Shown here: positions 26,618 through 38,504 of the stretch, piece after piece
Numbering within the stretch: the stretch's first letter is position 1
Layout of the letters: each line of letters starts with the position of its first letter
Assembly (NCBI RefSeq): GCF_006345805.1
Contig: NW_021834543.1
Coordinates: 1 to 46,533 of the forward strand
From: Octopus sinensis
Taxonomy: Eukaryota
Direction: 5' to 3'
DNA length: 46,533 nt
Made by a program: the position numbers and the translations under genes
The notes under the pieces: generated by a model
What the model saw: only the letters and a program-made list of their open reading frames with translations
Database searches by the model: none
What the model was told of the DNA's origin: nothing

Positions 26618-26799
26618 ATTCATACACGCATACAGACGGATAGGAGTATACTGCAGTGCTACAACTTTAGTAAACCGTTTCCATTAATTTCTGATATGAA
26701 GTATCAGTCACTAATATACCCGGAATGGAATGAAGTATAATCGTCACAATTTCAATATGACCTAACTTAAAATCTTGAACGTGTGTCGCCTGGAATGAA

Positions 26800-28210
26800 A
26801 AGATGTTTGTATTATATCGTATATGTTATGTTGTTTTCTTACTTTTGTGTTTATTTTTGGTGTTATTCTTTGTTGTGAAAAGCATTTCTATGTTGAGAAG
26901 ATGTAAGAATATGTTCTGCGTAAATCGTGTTACTAAATTGAAAAAGTTGATGTAGACTATGCTCTGTGTGCAGTAGAGCTTTTTATTGGATTACATGTAA
27001 AACTGTAAACCCTGGTATGGCTTTTGTGTTTTAGTTCATGTTTCTTTTTTTATCATACCCAGCACACCGACAATATTTTCTCTCAGTAGTTTTTGTTTTA
27101 AAATTTTTGGTTGATGTTAGTGTTACTCAGTGTCATATATTTTCTCCAGATGTTTTTGCTGGATTTTTCACTTTTGTTTTAGACAACTTATTTTCACAAA
27201 TAAGTTATTCTCAAATATCTTACTCTCACGTACCGTCTTCAACATTATACCACCGCTAAGATGATTTGTTTCAGTTTTTCTTTACAGATTGACTTCTCTT
27301 TCTTTTATATATATAATTTTTGAGACCATTCTCTCTTATTCCTGTCAAACCTCTCTTCTATTTCGCTATGTAAGATGTCCTTCCATTTTTTTCACAATTG
27401 TCCCTTGTATACCTTGAGTTCACTGTATTTTCGTTTAGTAAGCTTGTCTTAAGTGATCGTCTGTTCGTTTGGAACACGTTATCCCATGATACTTCTATAG
27501 CTACTCACAAATTAAGACCTTCACTTAAAAGAATTTCTTCGAAGTTCGTTATATCTAACTAAAAGTTTTGAACGAGCTTATTGACTCTTATTCTTCTTTC
27601 AACTAGGTACTTATTTTATCAAACCGTTTAACACTGGTGCTCTTCAATGAACTTAGTCAGAGAAAGGACAGTTCACAACATCCTATGGGTAGTAAGGGTA
27701 TAGACACACATACACACACACACACAAATATATATATATATATATATATGAATAAAAAATGGAGTTAACGCGGGTTTAAACAAGTATTTTTACTTTCGAC
27801 ACATGTTTCGAAAATTCCACTGATACTATTCAAAAGAATAAATGGTATAAACAATGCAATCTTCTCTTCGGGAAAGTGAAAAAAACGAACCTCGTCAATA
27901 CGACATTTTAGCAAAAAATGATGGATTTGTATAGCGATAGACAGAACGCTATTAATATTGTTTAAAAAAACGTTATATGATATAACGTCATAAGTAGCTA
28001 ACAGAAAGAGTAGGGATATTAATAGTGAATGTTAAATATAAAGGAAATTAAAGTTTAAATTATATATAATGATAGAGACTACTTATATGCACTAAATGTA
28101 TGTTTCTGCCAATGCTTACATCTGTATGCTCGTTCTATAACCGTGTTTACTAGAGTATTTTTAGAAAAAATAATGAAAAATAGCTCAGAATTGCAGAGAA
28201 GACAGAATTT
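26800..28210 (-). mobile_element. Highly decayed 5' portion of a Penelope-like element (pseudo-LTR plus ORF start)
   Basis: A hammerhead fold at 27877-27792 is followed on the same strand by EEILLSEGLNL (cf. the PLE KGLNF motif, about 27540-27510) and a weak TQSIVYIN (cf. PLRPIVS). Confidence 0.45.
27792..27877 (-). ncRNA. Minimal type I hammerhead ribozyme fold with U4C core
   Basis: Minus strand reads ACTTTC CCGAAGA GAAGATT [41 nt] AATTTTC GAAAC atgt GTC GAAAGT. Stem I is 6 bp, stem II is 7 bp, and the cleavage triplet is GUC. Confidence 0.7.
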
Positions 28211-28234
28211 CTTATATATATAAAGGAATAAAAA

Positions 28235-29007
28235 ATGGGACAAGAACGCAAAACACGCAGACAGCTAGATGATACAAAAAAGGGACGAGAAAAAACACAG
28301 AAGTTTTTTTCCTCAGTCGAGTTCCAGATTATCTTTGCAATTTCGGATGGTTATACTCGAGATTGCTCCAATCTGGTCAGCTCCAAAGGAAAATCTAAGC
28401 TAAAAGCACTAGATGCCTTGGAAGAAAGCAGCGAATGTATACGAAAATAAGGACGAAAAAAGCCCCAGAGAAATGGTACACATATACAAATGCAAATAGC
28501 ATGACATAACAACAGGTGTCTTTCGACTAAGGACGAATTAAATTAAACTGGCGTGTGTGGAAGTGAAGCCTTACGGCAGGGACATAACAAATGACAGGCA
28601 TGGTGAGGAATATAGATGCTGCACGGCCAAGCCTGACCTTTTTTCTTGGTTCGACTACCATCCGTGCAACATCTGTATTCCTCACCATGCCTGTCATCTG
28701 TCATGTCCCTGCCGTAAGGCTTCACTACCACACACGCCAGCTTAATGTAATACATCGTTAGTCGAAAGACACCTGTTGTTATGTCCTGTTATTTGCATTT
28801 TATCTGTGTACCATTACTCCGTTTTTTTCCGTCCTTGTTTTCATATACATTCCCTGTTTAATTTAATTCGTCCTTAGTCGAAAGACACCTGTTGTTATGT
28901 CCTGTTATTTGCATTTGTATCTGTGTACCATTACTCCGTTTTTTTCCGTCCTTGTTCTCATATACATTCCCTGCTTTCTTCCATGGAATCTAGTGCTCTT
29001 AGCTTAG
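28235..29007 (-). mobile_element. Fold-back repeat, possibly a PLE pseudo-LTR with 5' inversion
   Basis: Arms 28395-28626 and 28662-29007 with a 35 nt spacer. The right arm has a 116 bp-period duplication (28758-28856, 28874-28973). GAAA...CTGAGGA lies on the minus strand at 28344-28310. Confidence 0.6.
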
Positions 29008-29393
29008 TTTAGGGTGTAGCGTCCTATGCAACGTCATCAACTTCCTCGTCCTTCTATCCAGTGTTGATATTTCCCCCTTAGTCCATTTGAGGATGGACGC
29101 AGTATATCTGACCACCGCAACTGCCCAGATATTCATTGCGGTATTCAAACTTTTGGCATTCAGGTTGGATTTCAACGCCATCTTCACCTTTTTTTGATAT
29201 GCCTAGTTGACCTTGACTTTCGTTTCTTTATGTAGAATGTCATCCAGGTCCAAAATCCCTAATTATCTATACCTACTACCGTCGGGTTCACCCATAGTAT
29301 CTTCTGATGGTATCTGTAATACTTTGCAGGCTGCTTTCTTCCCTGTTTTCATATTAAGTACTGAGCATTTGGTAATCCCAAATTCCGATGCCT
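28999..29393 (-). pseudogene. R4/Dong-type non-LTR retrotransposon, late RT-region fragment
   Basis: Translates ...EFGITKCSVLNMKTGK...LGILDLDDILHKETK...KMALKSNLNAKSLNTAMNIWAVAVVRYTASILKWTKGEISTLDRRTRKLMTLHRTLHPK. Confidence 0.75.
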
Positions 29394-29745
29394 ATTATTA
29401 TTATTATTATTATTATTGTTTCATGTTTGACTTTTGCTTTACATTTGCACAAGCTGGCTTCAAGTCTCACCCAGAGACCTCAAGAGACAACAAGTTGGAA
29501 GTTCATGTTGGTGTTCTGCCTAGGGTGCCATATATTTGGTTTTGTACTTAGTGTTGTACTAGTGAATGCCTAAAGAGCCATACGAAAATTATGTTTGTTT
29601 TAAAACTTGAGATTACATAGAAAGTATTTTGCGTAGGATATGAGCAGTTCCCATGATCACTATCTTTTGAATTTCTGCCATTTTAGGGTTTCCTGGTATC
29701 TGAGTTAGGTAGCAATCAGCCCCTTTTGCTATCATTTGCTACCCT
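29394..29745 (-). mobile_element. R4/Dong-type 3' end: ORF C-terminus, 3' UTR and (AAT)n tail
   Basis: 29735-29613 reads MIAKGADCYLTQIPGNPKMAEIQKIVIMGTAHILRKILSM*, matching the Q-K-x-V-x-x-G-T-A-x-I-L-R-K end of RLE-type ORFs. The (AAT)n tail is at 29417-29394. Confidence 0.75.
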
Positions 29746-30274
29746 GGTAACTATTTATTTATTTTTCCCTGTTATTTGTACACAATGAAAAAATATATAT
29801 ACATTTATATATCTCTTATTATAAAAGGCAGATTTTATCTGCCTCCCTTTGACTCTTATAGAAATCTACAATATAGGATTTCTTCAATTACAATTTACCT
29901 AGCATTTTTAAGAGTAGAATGCATCGGGTCTTGCCAGGTCCACTTTTTAAAATTTCAACCCCAATTAAGCAAAATTTAGAGAAAACTCACATTGTGGTGT
30001 ATAAGTCAAATGCTTTTCTTAGTGTGGGCTACAGCACACGCACACGCACAGTGTGCAACGAATAAAGTGAAAGTAATTCACTTTTTGTAGTGAGTGACTC
30101 TTTCACTCTGCATTCCCACTTCCTCTTTACACACATAGACACGCAAATATATAAATAAAATTGTAAGTTAACGTGTGTGTGTGTGTGCGTGTGTGTGAGT
30201 GTGTGTGTGTGTGTGCGTGTGTGTGTGTGAGGGTGCGTGTGTGTGTGTGTGTGTGTGCGTGAGTGTGTGACAGG

Positions 30275-30950
30275 AAAGTTTTTTAGGACGAATATAACAC
30301 CTAAAGTATATCCAAGTAGCAGAAAGATCGCCCAAAAGTGTATATAGATATTTAAATGTATTTATATATTCATCTATACACAGATGTATGTATAATGTGT
30401 GTGTATATATTTCCATAGAGGTAACCTTTCACTCCATAGAAAGTTTTTTAGGACGAATATAAGACCTAAAGTATATACAAGTAGCAGAAAGATCGCCCAA
30501 AAGTGTATATAGATATTTAAATGTATTTATATATTCATCTATACACAGATGTATGTATAATGTGTGTGTATATATTTCCATAGACGTAACCATTCACTCC
30601 GCACAAAGTTTTTTAGGACGAAAATAAGATCTAAAGTTATCTCTAAGTAGCACAAAGATCGCCCAAAAGTGTATATAGATATATAAATGTATTTATATAT
30701 TCATCTATGCACACATGTATGTATAATGTGTGTATATATTTCCATAGAGGTAACCATTCACTCCATACAAAGTTTTTTAGGACGAAAATAGATCTAAAGT
30801 TATCTCTAAGAAACAGAAAATCGCCCAAAAGTGTATATAGATATTTAAATGTATTTATATATTCATCTATACACACATGTATGTATAATGTGCGTGTATA
30901 TATTTCCATAGAGGTAACCATTCAATCCATACAAAGTTTTTTAGGACGAA
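30275..30950. repeat. Tandem repeat, about 4 units of 164-165 bp
   Basis: AAAGTTTTTTAGGACGA recurs at 30275, 30440, 30605, 30769 and 30933. Confidence 0.92.
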
Positions 30951-31184
30951 AATATTTATATATAAAAGAAAGGTTGTGTGTCTGTCTCCTCCGATTTAGA
31001 TTCCTAACTACCCCCACATTTTGCGATGCAGTTTAACCAAAACCGGGTATCTTATAGTCGAGATTCATATCGAGCCCTTCTGGGTATTAGCGCGCGTCTA
31101 CGATGAGTCTATGATTTTTTACAATATTTACCATCATTTTTTCCATTTTAATGCATATTTTTTTAATAAAGGAAGTAACTCTCA

Positions 31185-31675
31185 AACTTCACACCAATAT
31201 GCGTGCTAATATCACATCAGCAGCATTTCCTCACACCCTCCTTGCACTTGGCGAAGGCAAAATACCAGGGGATGAAAATGGTAATATTGCCATCGATTCC
31301 ATTTGTACCATTAAGACGCCTTCTGATCTCAGAGATGCAGGTGTCCCAGATCTACAAGCTAATTATCAGAATATGGATGGATTGGCAAAAAGGCTATACT
31401 GGCCCCGAGGAATAAAACTGTTCACCATATTAATGATGAAATGCTAAAACTCATTCCGGGGAAGTCTATGTATATCAGTCTATCGATACAACTCCTGACC
31501 CAGAGGACGTCATCAACTATCCAACAGAGGTACTCAATTCCTTTGAGCACCCCGGACTACCACCACACTTTCTCAAACTTAAAGTTGGTGCCCCTATAAT
31601 GCTTATCAGAAATTTGGTTCCCCCAAAACAATGCAATGGCACACGTTTGATCGTTAAGTCCTTATCTCTCACCGT
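31185..31675 (+). pseudogene. Helitron PIF1-family helicase fragment (frameshifted)
   Basis: LHTNMRA...LLALGEGKIP, then after a frameshift ILAPRNKTVHHINDEML...NYPTEVLNSFEHPGLPPHFLKLKVGAPIMLIRNL...CNGTRLIVKSL. Confidence 0.9.
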
Positions 31676-31780
31676 AAACTTATATCAATATCTGCCTGAA
31701 TAATCATCATAATTCAGTGCAATCATTAACAGTACTTTCAAGCAATTCAGCCCCGAGCAACGCCGGGAAATTCTGCTAGT

Positions 31781-32125
31781 ATATATATAAACGGCAAAAT
31801 GTCTGTGTGTGTGTCCTTTATATAAATCCACAATGTTTCGGATAGAGGGCTCGCACTTTCTATGGTTATTGAAAACCATCCAAGGGTGGTCGTGCATATC
31901 TTTACATTTCCCCTGTCTCCCCGCAAAGCCATAAAAGTCAATAGAAGTGACTTTTTGTGAATTTTCTATCCAAAATGCCCGAAACTTGATATGCCAATTG
32001 AATGCCAGCAAGCTGTATGTGATTGGCCGGAGATTTGGACAGTACTCGCGTGTATGTGCGCACGCACGCAGCTGTATATGCATGCACTAGCACTATGGCC
32101 CGGTGTTGCCGGGTCATAGTGCTAG
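31781..32125 (+). mobile_element. Non-autonomous Helitron, third 5' type, in tandem with the previous element
   Basis: Starts right after the preceding CTAGT. Its 5' part is the reverse complement of 39660-39866, and it ends in a hairpin with CTAG|T. Confidence 0.7.
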
Positions 32126-32140
32126 TATATATATACATAT

Positions 32141-32192
<52 letters not shown>

Positions 32193-32434
32193 TTTTATGC
32201 CTTATATTTTTCTTGTTCCATTCATTCGGTTTTTGTTACGTTGGTACAACACCAGGGAGGCCTTTTGCCGATCTAATCATCTTCAGCATTTATTTGTTTT
32301 TTTAATTTGGTATTTATTCTATCTCAGTAATTTAGTGAATTAAACCTACGACGATCGAGAAATAAAGGTACGAACACACGAACAGACAAATAGATAGAAG
32401 ATAGATAAATAGAGAGACAGATAGATAGTTGACG

Positions 32435-32590
32435 GGCGTCCGCACAGTTTCTGAATACCAAATTCACCCACATAGTCCAGAGGAGGGGGATATAGTAAAG
32501 GACACTGCCCCCAAGGTGCCATCTAGTGGAACTGAAACTAAACCAGAAACTTGATAGAGAAGCAAACATATTGATCCCCACAGCCATGCC
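32435..32590 (-). mobile_element. Old SINE related to family B
   Basis: Degenerate GGACACTGCCCCCAAGGTGCCA and CACAGCCATGCC. Confidence 0.5.
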
Positions 32591-32596
32591 TTCGAC

Positions 32597-32638
<42 letters not shown>

Positions 32639-33249
32639 TGCACACACATTGCACATACATACACACACATATGTTGGCATGGTGTGGATGTATGTACCTG
32701 TGATTAAGCGCATTCTGATTTAATGCTAAATTCTCAATTCATTAGGGAACAAAGGAAAAATAAATTGGAACTTAGGTGCATTTAGTTTATAAAACTGCGA
32801 CTGTTTAAATTACGGTTAGTGTGAGTCACCTGAGTGCAAATGATATTTGTCTAAACAGAATTATTTTTACCGTGTTTTCTAGTTTACTCCTTTGAAACTG
32901 ATAGATATAAGAATAGTCATAACCTCTTCAGTTGGCACAAAACCACAGATCATTGATGGATATTGAGCGTGGATGGGGGATACAGTGTATTCAGTCGATA
33001 TCAATATATGGCTAGTAATTATTTCAGGTAAACGTGGTGGGAAGGGATAGAAATAATAAGTGGAATCGGGTACGTTGCAAATTTATAACCTATTTGTTGG
33101 TATCAATGTATATTGTAAGGTATAAAATCTGATGTTACTTTTGCTTGTAGGAATTTGCTGCTGCTGCTGCTGTACCTACTATTACTACAATAGGCTACAA
33201 GCTACAGTAGCATCAACCCTTAAGGGTTAGCCACATTTAGGTGGCAAAT

Positions 33250-33274
33250 CTACTACTACTACTACTACTACTAC

Positions 33275-33324
<50 letters not shown>

Positions 33325-33325
33325 A
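33250..33325. repeat. (CTA)n(GTA)n palindromic microsatellite
   Basis: Perfect 52 bp palindrome at 33250-33301, centred on CTAG. Confidence 0.95.
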
Positions 33326-33326
33326 T

Positions 33327-33565
33327 AATGGTTTCAAATCTTGTCACAAGGGCAGACATTTTGGAGGAGGGGAGGAGTCGATTACATCGACCCCAGTGTT
33401 CAACTGGTACTTATTTTATCGAACCTGAAAGGATGAAAGGCAAAGTCGACCTCGGCGGAATTTGAACTCAGAACGTAACGGCAGACGAAATGCCGCTAAG
33501 CATTTCACCCGGCGTGTTAAAGATTCTGCCAGTTCGCCTCCTTAATAGTAATAATAATAATAATG

Positions 33566-33622
<57 letters not shown>

Positions 33623-34218
33623 GTCACAAGGTTTGCCACAAGGGCAGCCATTTTTAGGTTAAGAGATGAGTTGATTACATCGAATCTAGTACTCAACTGG
33701 TACTTAATCCTTTCTACTATAGGATTTTCTACTATACTGGATTTTCTGGGAAGGAGGACAGTCATTCGCATCGAAGCCAATACTCAACTGGTACTTAATT
33801 TATTGCGGCCGAAAGGATGAAAGGCAAAGTCGACCGCGGCAAAATTTAAACTCAGAACGTAACGGCAGACGAAATACCTATTTCTTTACTACCCACAAGG
33901 ACCTAAACACAGAGAGGACAAACAAGGACAGACAAACGGATTGAGTCGATTATATCGACCCCAGTGCGTAACTGGTATTTATTTAATCGACCCTGAAATG
34001 ATGAAAAGCAAAGTCGACCTCGGCGGAATTTGAACTCAGAACGTAACGGCAGACGAAATACCGCTAAGCATTTCGCCCGGCGTGCTAACGTTTCTGTCAG
34101 CTCACCGCCTTAATAATGATAATAATCTTTTCTATTATAGGCACAAGGGCTGAAATCTTAGTGAAGGGGATAGTCGAGTATATCGACCCAGTGGGTGATT
34201 GGTACTTATTTAATCGAC
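33327..34218 (-). mobile_element. Cluster of about five family C SINE copies or fragments separated by (TAA)n tracts
   Basis: Pieces at about 33327-33543, 33620-33710, 33760-33878, 33879-34111 and 34128-34218, all on the minus strand. Confidence 0.85.
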
Positions 34219-34335
34219 AGGTTTTTAAATAATATGGATAAATTAAGAAATGTAGTCAAACGCAGTACACGCACACACACACACTCACACACACACACAC
34301 ATACACACATATATGTATGTACGTATGTATATATA

Positions 34336-34392
<57 letters not shown>

Positions 34393-34778
34393 GAGAGTGA
34401 CCACAATGTGAGTGCTAACTTTCAACGGAAACAATTTCTTTTGTGGCTGAAACCTTGCGGATCTATTTTTAGTGCTAGAGTAGACCACATGGTGGTCACT
34501 CTCTTATATTTATGTATAAAATGTGTCGTAATCCGGGTTTTTTATGTACTAAGCCACTTGCTAGTACATGGACGTGCTATTAAATTAGTACCCAATTTTC
34601 TCACCCTTATCGGTTGATTATATATATATATATATGTATGTATATATTTAAACATACACACACACACACATATATGTATGTACGTATGTATATATATATA
34701 TATATTATATATATATATATATATTATATATATATATATTATATATATATATATACACACACATATATATATACATAA

Positions 34779-34809
<31 letters not shown>

Positions 34810-35796
34810 TATATATATATATATATATTTAAACATACACACATGTGTTAATGCTTGCTTTTATGCTTAGTTATAATAAAAAGCGATTTTCCATTAATCT
34901 GATGGGTTACTCGATACTTTTGTAGTTGTAGAGTTGATATTCTTATTTAAGAATAATAAATTAATAAATATATTTATTTGTTAATATATTATTTATATAC
35001 ATAGACATAATTTGTATACACACGATACACACACGCACGCAGACACACACACACATTTATGTATGTTAGGAGATGTAACGTGTAAAGTCGACATTAATAC
35101 TTAAGTGCAGAAATTATACGATCCGTCTCTTATTGAAGCCCAAAATGGCGGAGATTTAAATAAACCATCACCAGTTGTCAAGTGGCATACACAAAGACTG
35201 TATTTGTTTGGTTGTCAAGAGACATACATGGATACACACCGATACACGCACACGTACACATTCAAACGCCGATGCACATGTCTGTGTGTGAATGTGTGTG
35301 TGTATGTATGTGTTTGTGGTGGGGATGTGCACGGCTTTCTTTCTCTTAACTTCCGTCTGTAACTCACAAAGTATTTTGTCACCCTGATTAGTGGACATTT
35401 GTTCAAGAAGCTACACAAAGGGACTGACTCCCTGACCCCATGTATACATACCGGATGCCTTCTTCTGTAACGTTAGCACTGAATATATGATTCATATGGC
35501 CTTGATTGGGTGCGTCTCACTGAAAGCTACGCCTCTTACGCCTTTACTGCCGCATGTGTTGCAGACGACGCATCTACCTTGGATGCTGAGGTCTTACTCT
35601 CCACACCCTGTGCAGGACAGTGATAAAGTATTGTTTTGTGATGTAGTGGGGTCATGAGGATTTATACGCCAGTATAGCTCAGCCATATATCGTCTCTATT
35701 GTTGCACATAAGTAGCGAAAAGCCAAGGGTGGGGATGGCTTCGAACTCCTTGTCCCTGACGGTGCGCTATTTCTTCCCAAATATTGAAGCGCCAAC

Positions 35797-36250
35797 TTAT
35801 TGGTTTCAGATTTTGGCACAAGGCCAGCAATTTGGGAGGAGGGGATCAGTCGATTACATTGACACTGGCAGAAACGTTAGCACACCGGGCGAAATGCTTA
35901 GCGGTATTGCGTCTGTCGTTGCGTTCTGAGTTCAAATTCCGCCGAGGTCGACTTTGCCTTTTATCCTTTCGGGGTCGATAAATTAAGTACCAGTTACGCA
36001 TTGGGATCGATGTAATCGACTTAATACCTATGTCTGTCCTTGTTTGTCCCCTCTATGTTTAGCTCCTTGTGGGCAATAAAGAAACAGATTACATTGACAC
36101 TGGTGCTCAACTGCTATTTATTTCATCGACCCCAAAAGCATGAAAAGCAAAGTCGACCGCGGCAGAATTTGAACTCAGAACCTATAGACGCACGAAATGC
36201 CGTTGAGCATTTTGTCCGGCGTGCTCATACTTTGCCAGCTCACCGCTTTA
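35797..36250. mobile_element. Family C SINE (+, about 35865-36084) nested antisense in another family C SINE (-)
   Basis: 17 bp direct repeat GATTACATTGACACTGG at 35852-35868 and 36087-36103. Confidence 0.85.
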
Positions 36251-36334
36251 TAGCGCCAGTTTATTAGCTGGCTTGTTTCGCTGACAGTTTAGGCTTTAAC
36301 CTTAGCCTAGTGCTTTGTTTTAAAGTTGATATGT

Positions 36335-36718
36335 TGGAAGCACTCCGTCGGTTACGACAACGAGGGTTCCGGTTGATCCGAATCAACGGAACAGCCTGCT
36401 CGTGAAATTAACGTGTAAGTGGCTGAGCATTCCACAGACCCGTGTACCTATAACGTAGTTCTCGGGGATATTCAGCGTGACACAGAGAGTGACAAGGCCG
36501 GCCCTTTGAAATACAGGTACAACAGAAACAGGAAGTAAGAGTGAGAGAAAGTTGTGGTGGAAGAGTACAGCAGTGATCACCACCATCCCCTGCCGGAGCA
36601 TCGTGGAGCTTTAGGTGTTTTCGCTCAATAAACACTCACAACGCCCGGTACGGCAATCGAAACCGCGATCCTATGACCGCGAGTCCGCTGCCCTAACCAC
36701 TGGGACATTGCGCCTCCA
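36335..36718 (-). mobile_element. SINE family A (full length)
   Basis: Same as 23523-23905. Confidence 0.9.
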
Positions 36719-36914
36719 GCGGATATATATGTTGTCTAAATACCTTCTCTTCTCAGTAAAGAAGATTTCATTAAAAAAATTAACTAAGTTTACAGATCTT
36801 TTTTAGATAGTACGAGGAAAGCTGCTGTCGTTGTCCCAAAGTACAAGAAAGTGGTAGGCTGGTGTCTTGTGTACAACTTTGACACAATTTGCGTACCCAG
36901 CAATTGAAATGGTT

Positions 36915-37303
36915 ACTTTACTCTTTTACTCTTTTACTTGTTTCAGTCATTTGACTACGGCCATGCTGGAGCACCGCCTTTTAGTCGAGCAAATCGACCC
37001 CGAGACTTATTCTTTGTAAGCCCAGTACTTATTCTATCGGTCTCTTTTGCCGAACCGCTAAGTGACGGGGACGTAAACACACCAGCTTTGGTTGTCAAGC
37101 AATGCTAGGAAGACAAACACAGACACACAAACACACGCATATATATATATATAATATATATATACGACAGGCTTCTTTCAGTTTCCGTCTACCAAATCCA
37201 CTCTATAGCAGAAGACACTTGCCCAAGATGCCACGGAGTGGGACCGAACCCGGAACCATATGGTTGATTAGCAAGCTACTTACCACGCAGCCACTCCTGC
37301 GCC
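36915..37303 (-). mobile_element. SINE family B
   Basis: Same as 3563-3970, with a short internal deletion. Confidence 0.9.
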
Positions 37304-37349
37304 TTCTCAACATTACTTTAGAAAATTGTGTAGTTCTATAGATGTCGTT

Positions 37350-37662
37350 GTGAAGGTGCAGGGCTTAGTGGTTAGGTAGTAACCACTAAGTGGCTCACCG
37401 TAGTAAGGTCATGATTTTGATTCCTGGGCGCGTTGTGCTTTTGAGCAAGACACTTTATTTCACGTTACTCCAATCCACTCAGCTGGCAAAAAAGAGTAGT
37501 ACCTGTATTTCAAAGGGCCATCCTTGGCACATTCTGTGTCACGCTGAATTTCCCTAAGAACCACATCAAGTGTGCGCATGTCTATGCAGTGCTTGTTAAT
37601 TTCAGGTTGTTCTGTTGATCGGATGAACTGGAACCCTCATCGTCGTAACCGAAGGAGATCCA
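37350..37662 (+). mobile_element. Older SINE with the family A tail but a different body
   Basis: The 3' half (GTACCTGTATTTCAAAGGGCC...GGAACCCTCATCGTCGTAACCGA) matches family A. The body is TTGAGCAAGACACTTTATTTCACG...CCACTCAGCTG. Confidence 0.65.
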
Positions 37663-37873
37663 GTTAAATAGATGTAGCTATTGGTGCAACACCTAACCAT
37701 TGAGGATTATCATTTAAGTTCTGTTTGGAGACTTGTTGCTATGCATTTGTGCATTTGAGTGCGCCTCACAGTTATACAAGTGATATATATCCTCTATATA
37801 TAGAATATTGAATTATTGCTCAGAAACCCAAGTAATACAGTGCTGGGCCACTGTTGTGAATTGTCGCATCAGC

Positions 37874-37911
<38 letters not shown>

Positions 37912-38312
37912 CGCTCTTTATTTTATGAGATCTTGCTGCAAGATAACTTCTACTGCAACAGTACTTGTACTCAGACTTATACAAAGACGAGTCTAAATCA
38001 TGTAAAAACCTTTAGCATGACGTTATGCCGTTTGTGCCAACTCACTACTCCTAAAATATATGAGATATTCATTGATTGACTGATTGATTGATAAAAAAAA
38101 AATTCTTGGTATACCTTTGATCGATAACATTTATATTCATAGTTCTAGAATAATAGGTTATCGCTTTCAGAATCATTTTATCACACTTCATTGACATCTT
38201 TAATGTCATCAAAATATGTTTTCTAATTTTTGCGCATGCGGGTGTGTATACTCACACACACAATATATATGCATAGATATTAAAATGTATATAAATATAC
38301 GTGTATGTATAT

Positions 38313-38379
<67 letters not shown>

Positions 38380-38381
<2 letters not shown>

Positions 38382-38384
38382 TAA

Positions 38385-38424
<40 letters not shown>

Positions 38425-38442
38425 GTAGATAGATAGATAGGG

Positions 38443-38504
<62 letters not shown>

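Larger units (their letters stand above)
29812..31779 (+). mobile_element. Composite Helitron-derived region
   Basis: A|TC-type start at 29812, then a 165 bp repeat array, then a second 5' end like 17923 at about 30951, a PIF1 fragment, and hairpin plus CTAG|T at 31776-31780. Whether 29812-30950 belongs to the same unit is uncertain. Confidence 0.6.

Noticed and set aside
27320-27400. YIxxxxR-like GIY-YIG motif on the minus strand
   Set aside because: Its position between the ORF N-terminus and early RT motifs is inconsistent, so it is likely a chance match.
30275-30950. Regular repeat array as a possible CRISPR
   Set aside because: Whole 165 bp units repeat and there are no variable spacers.
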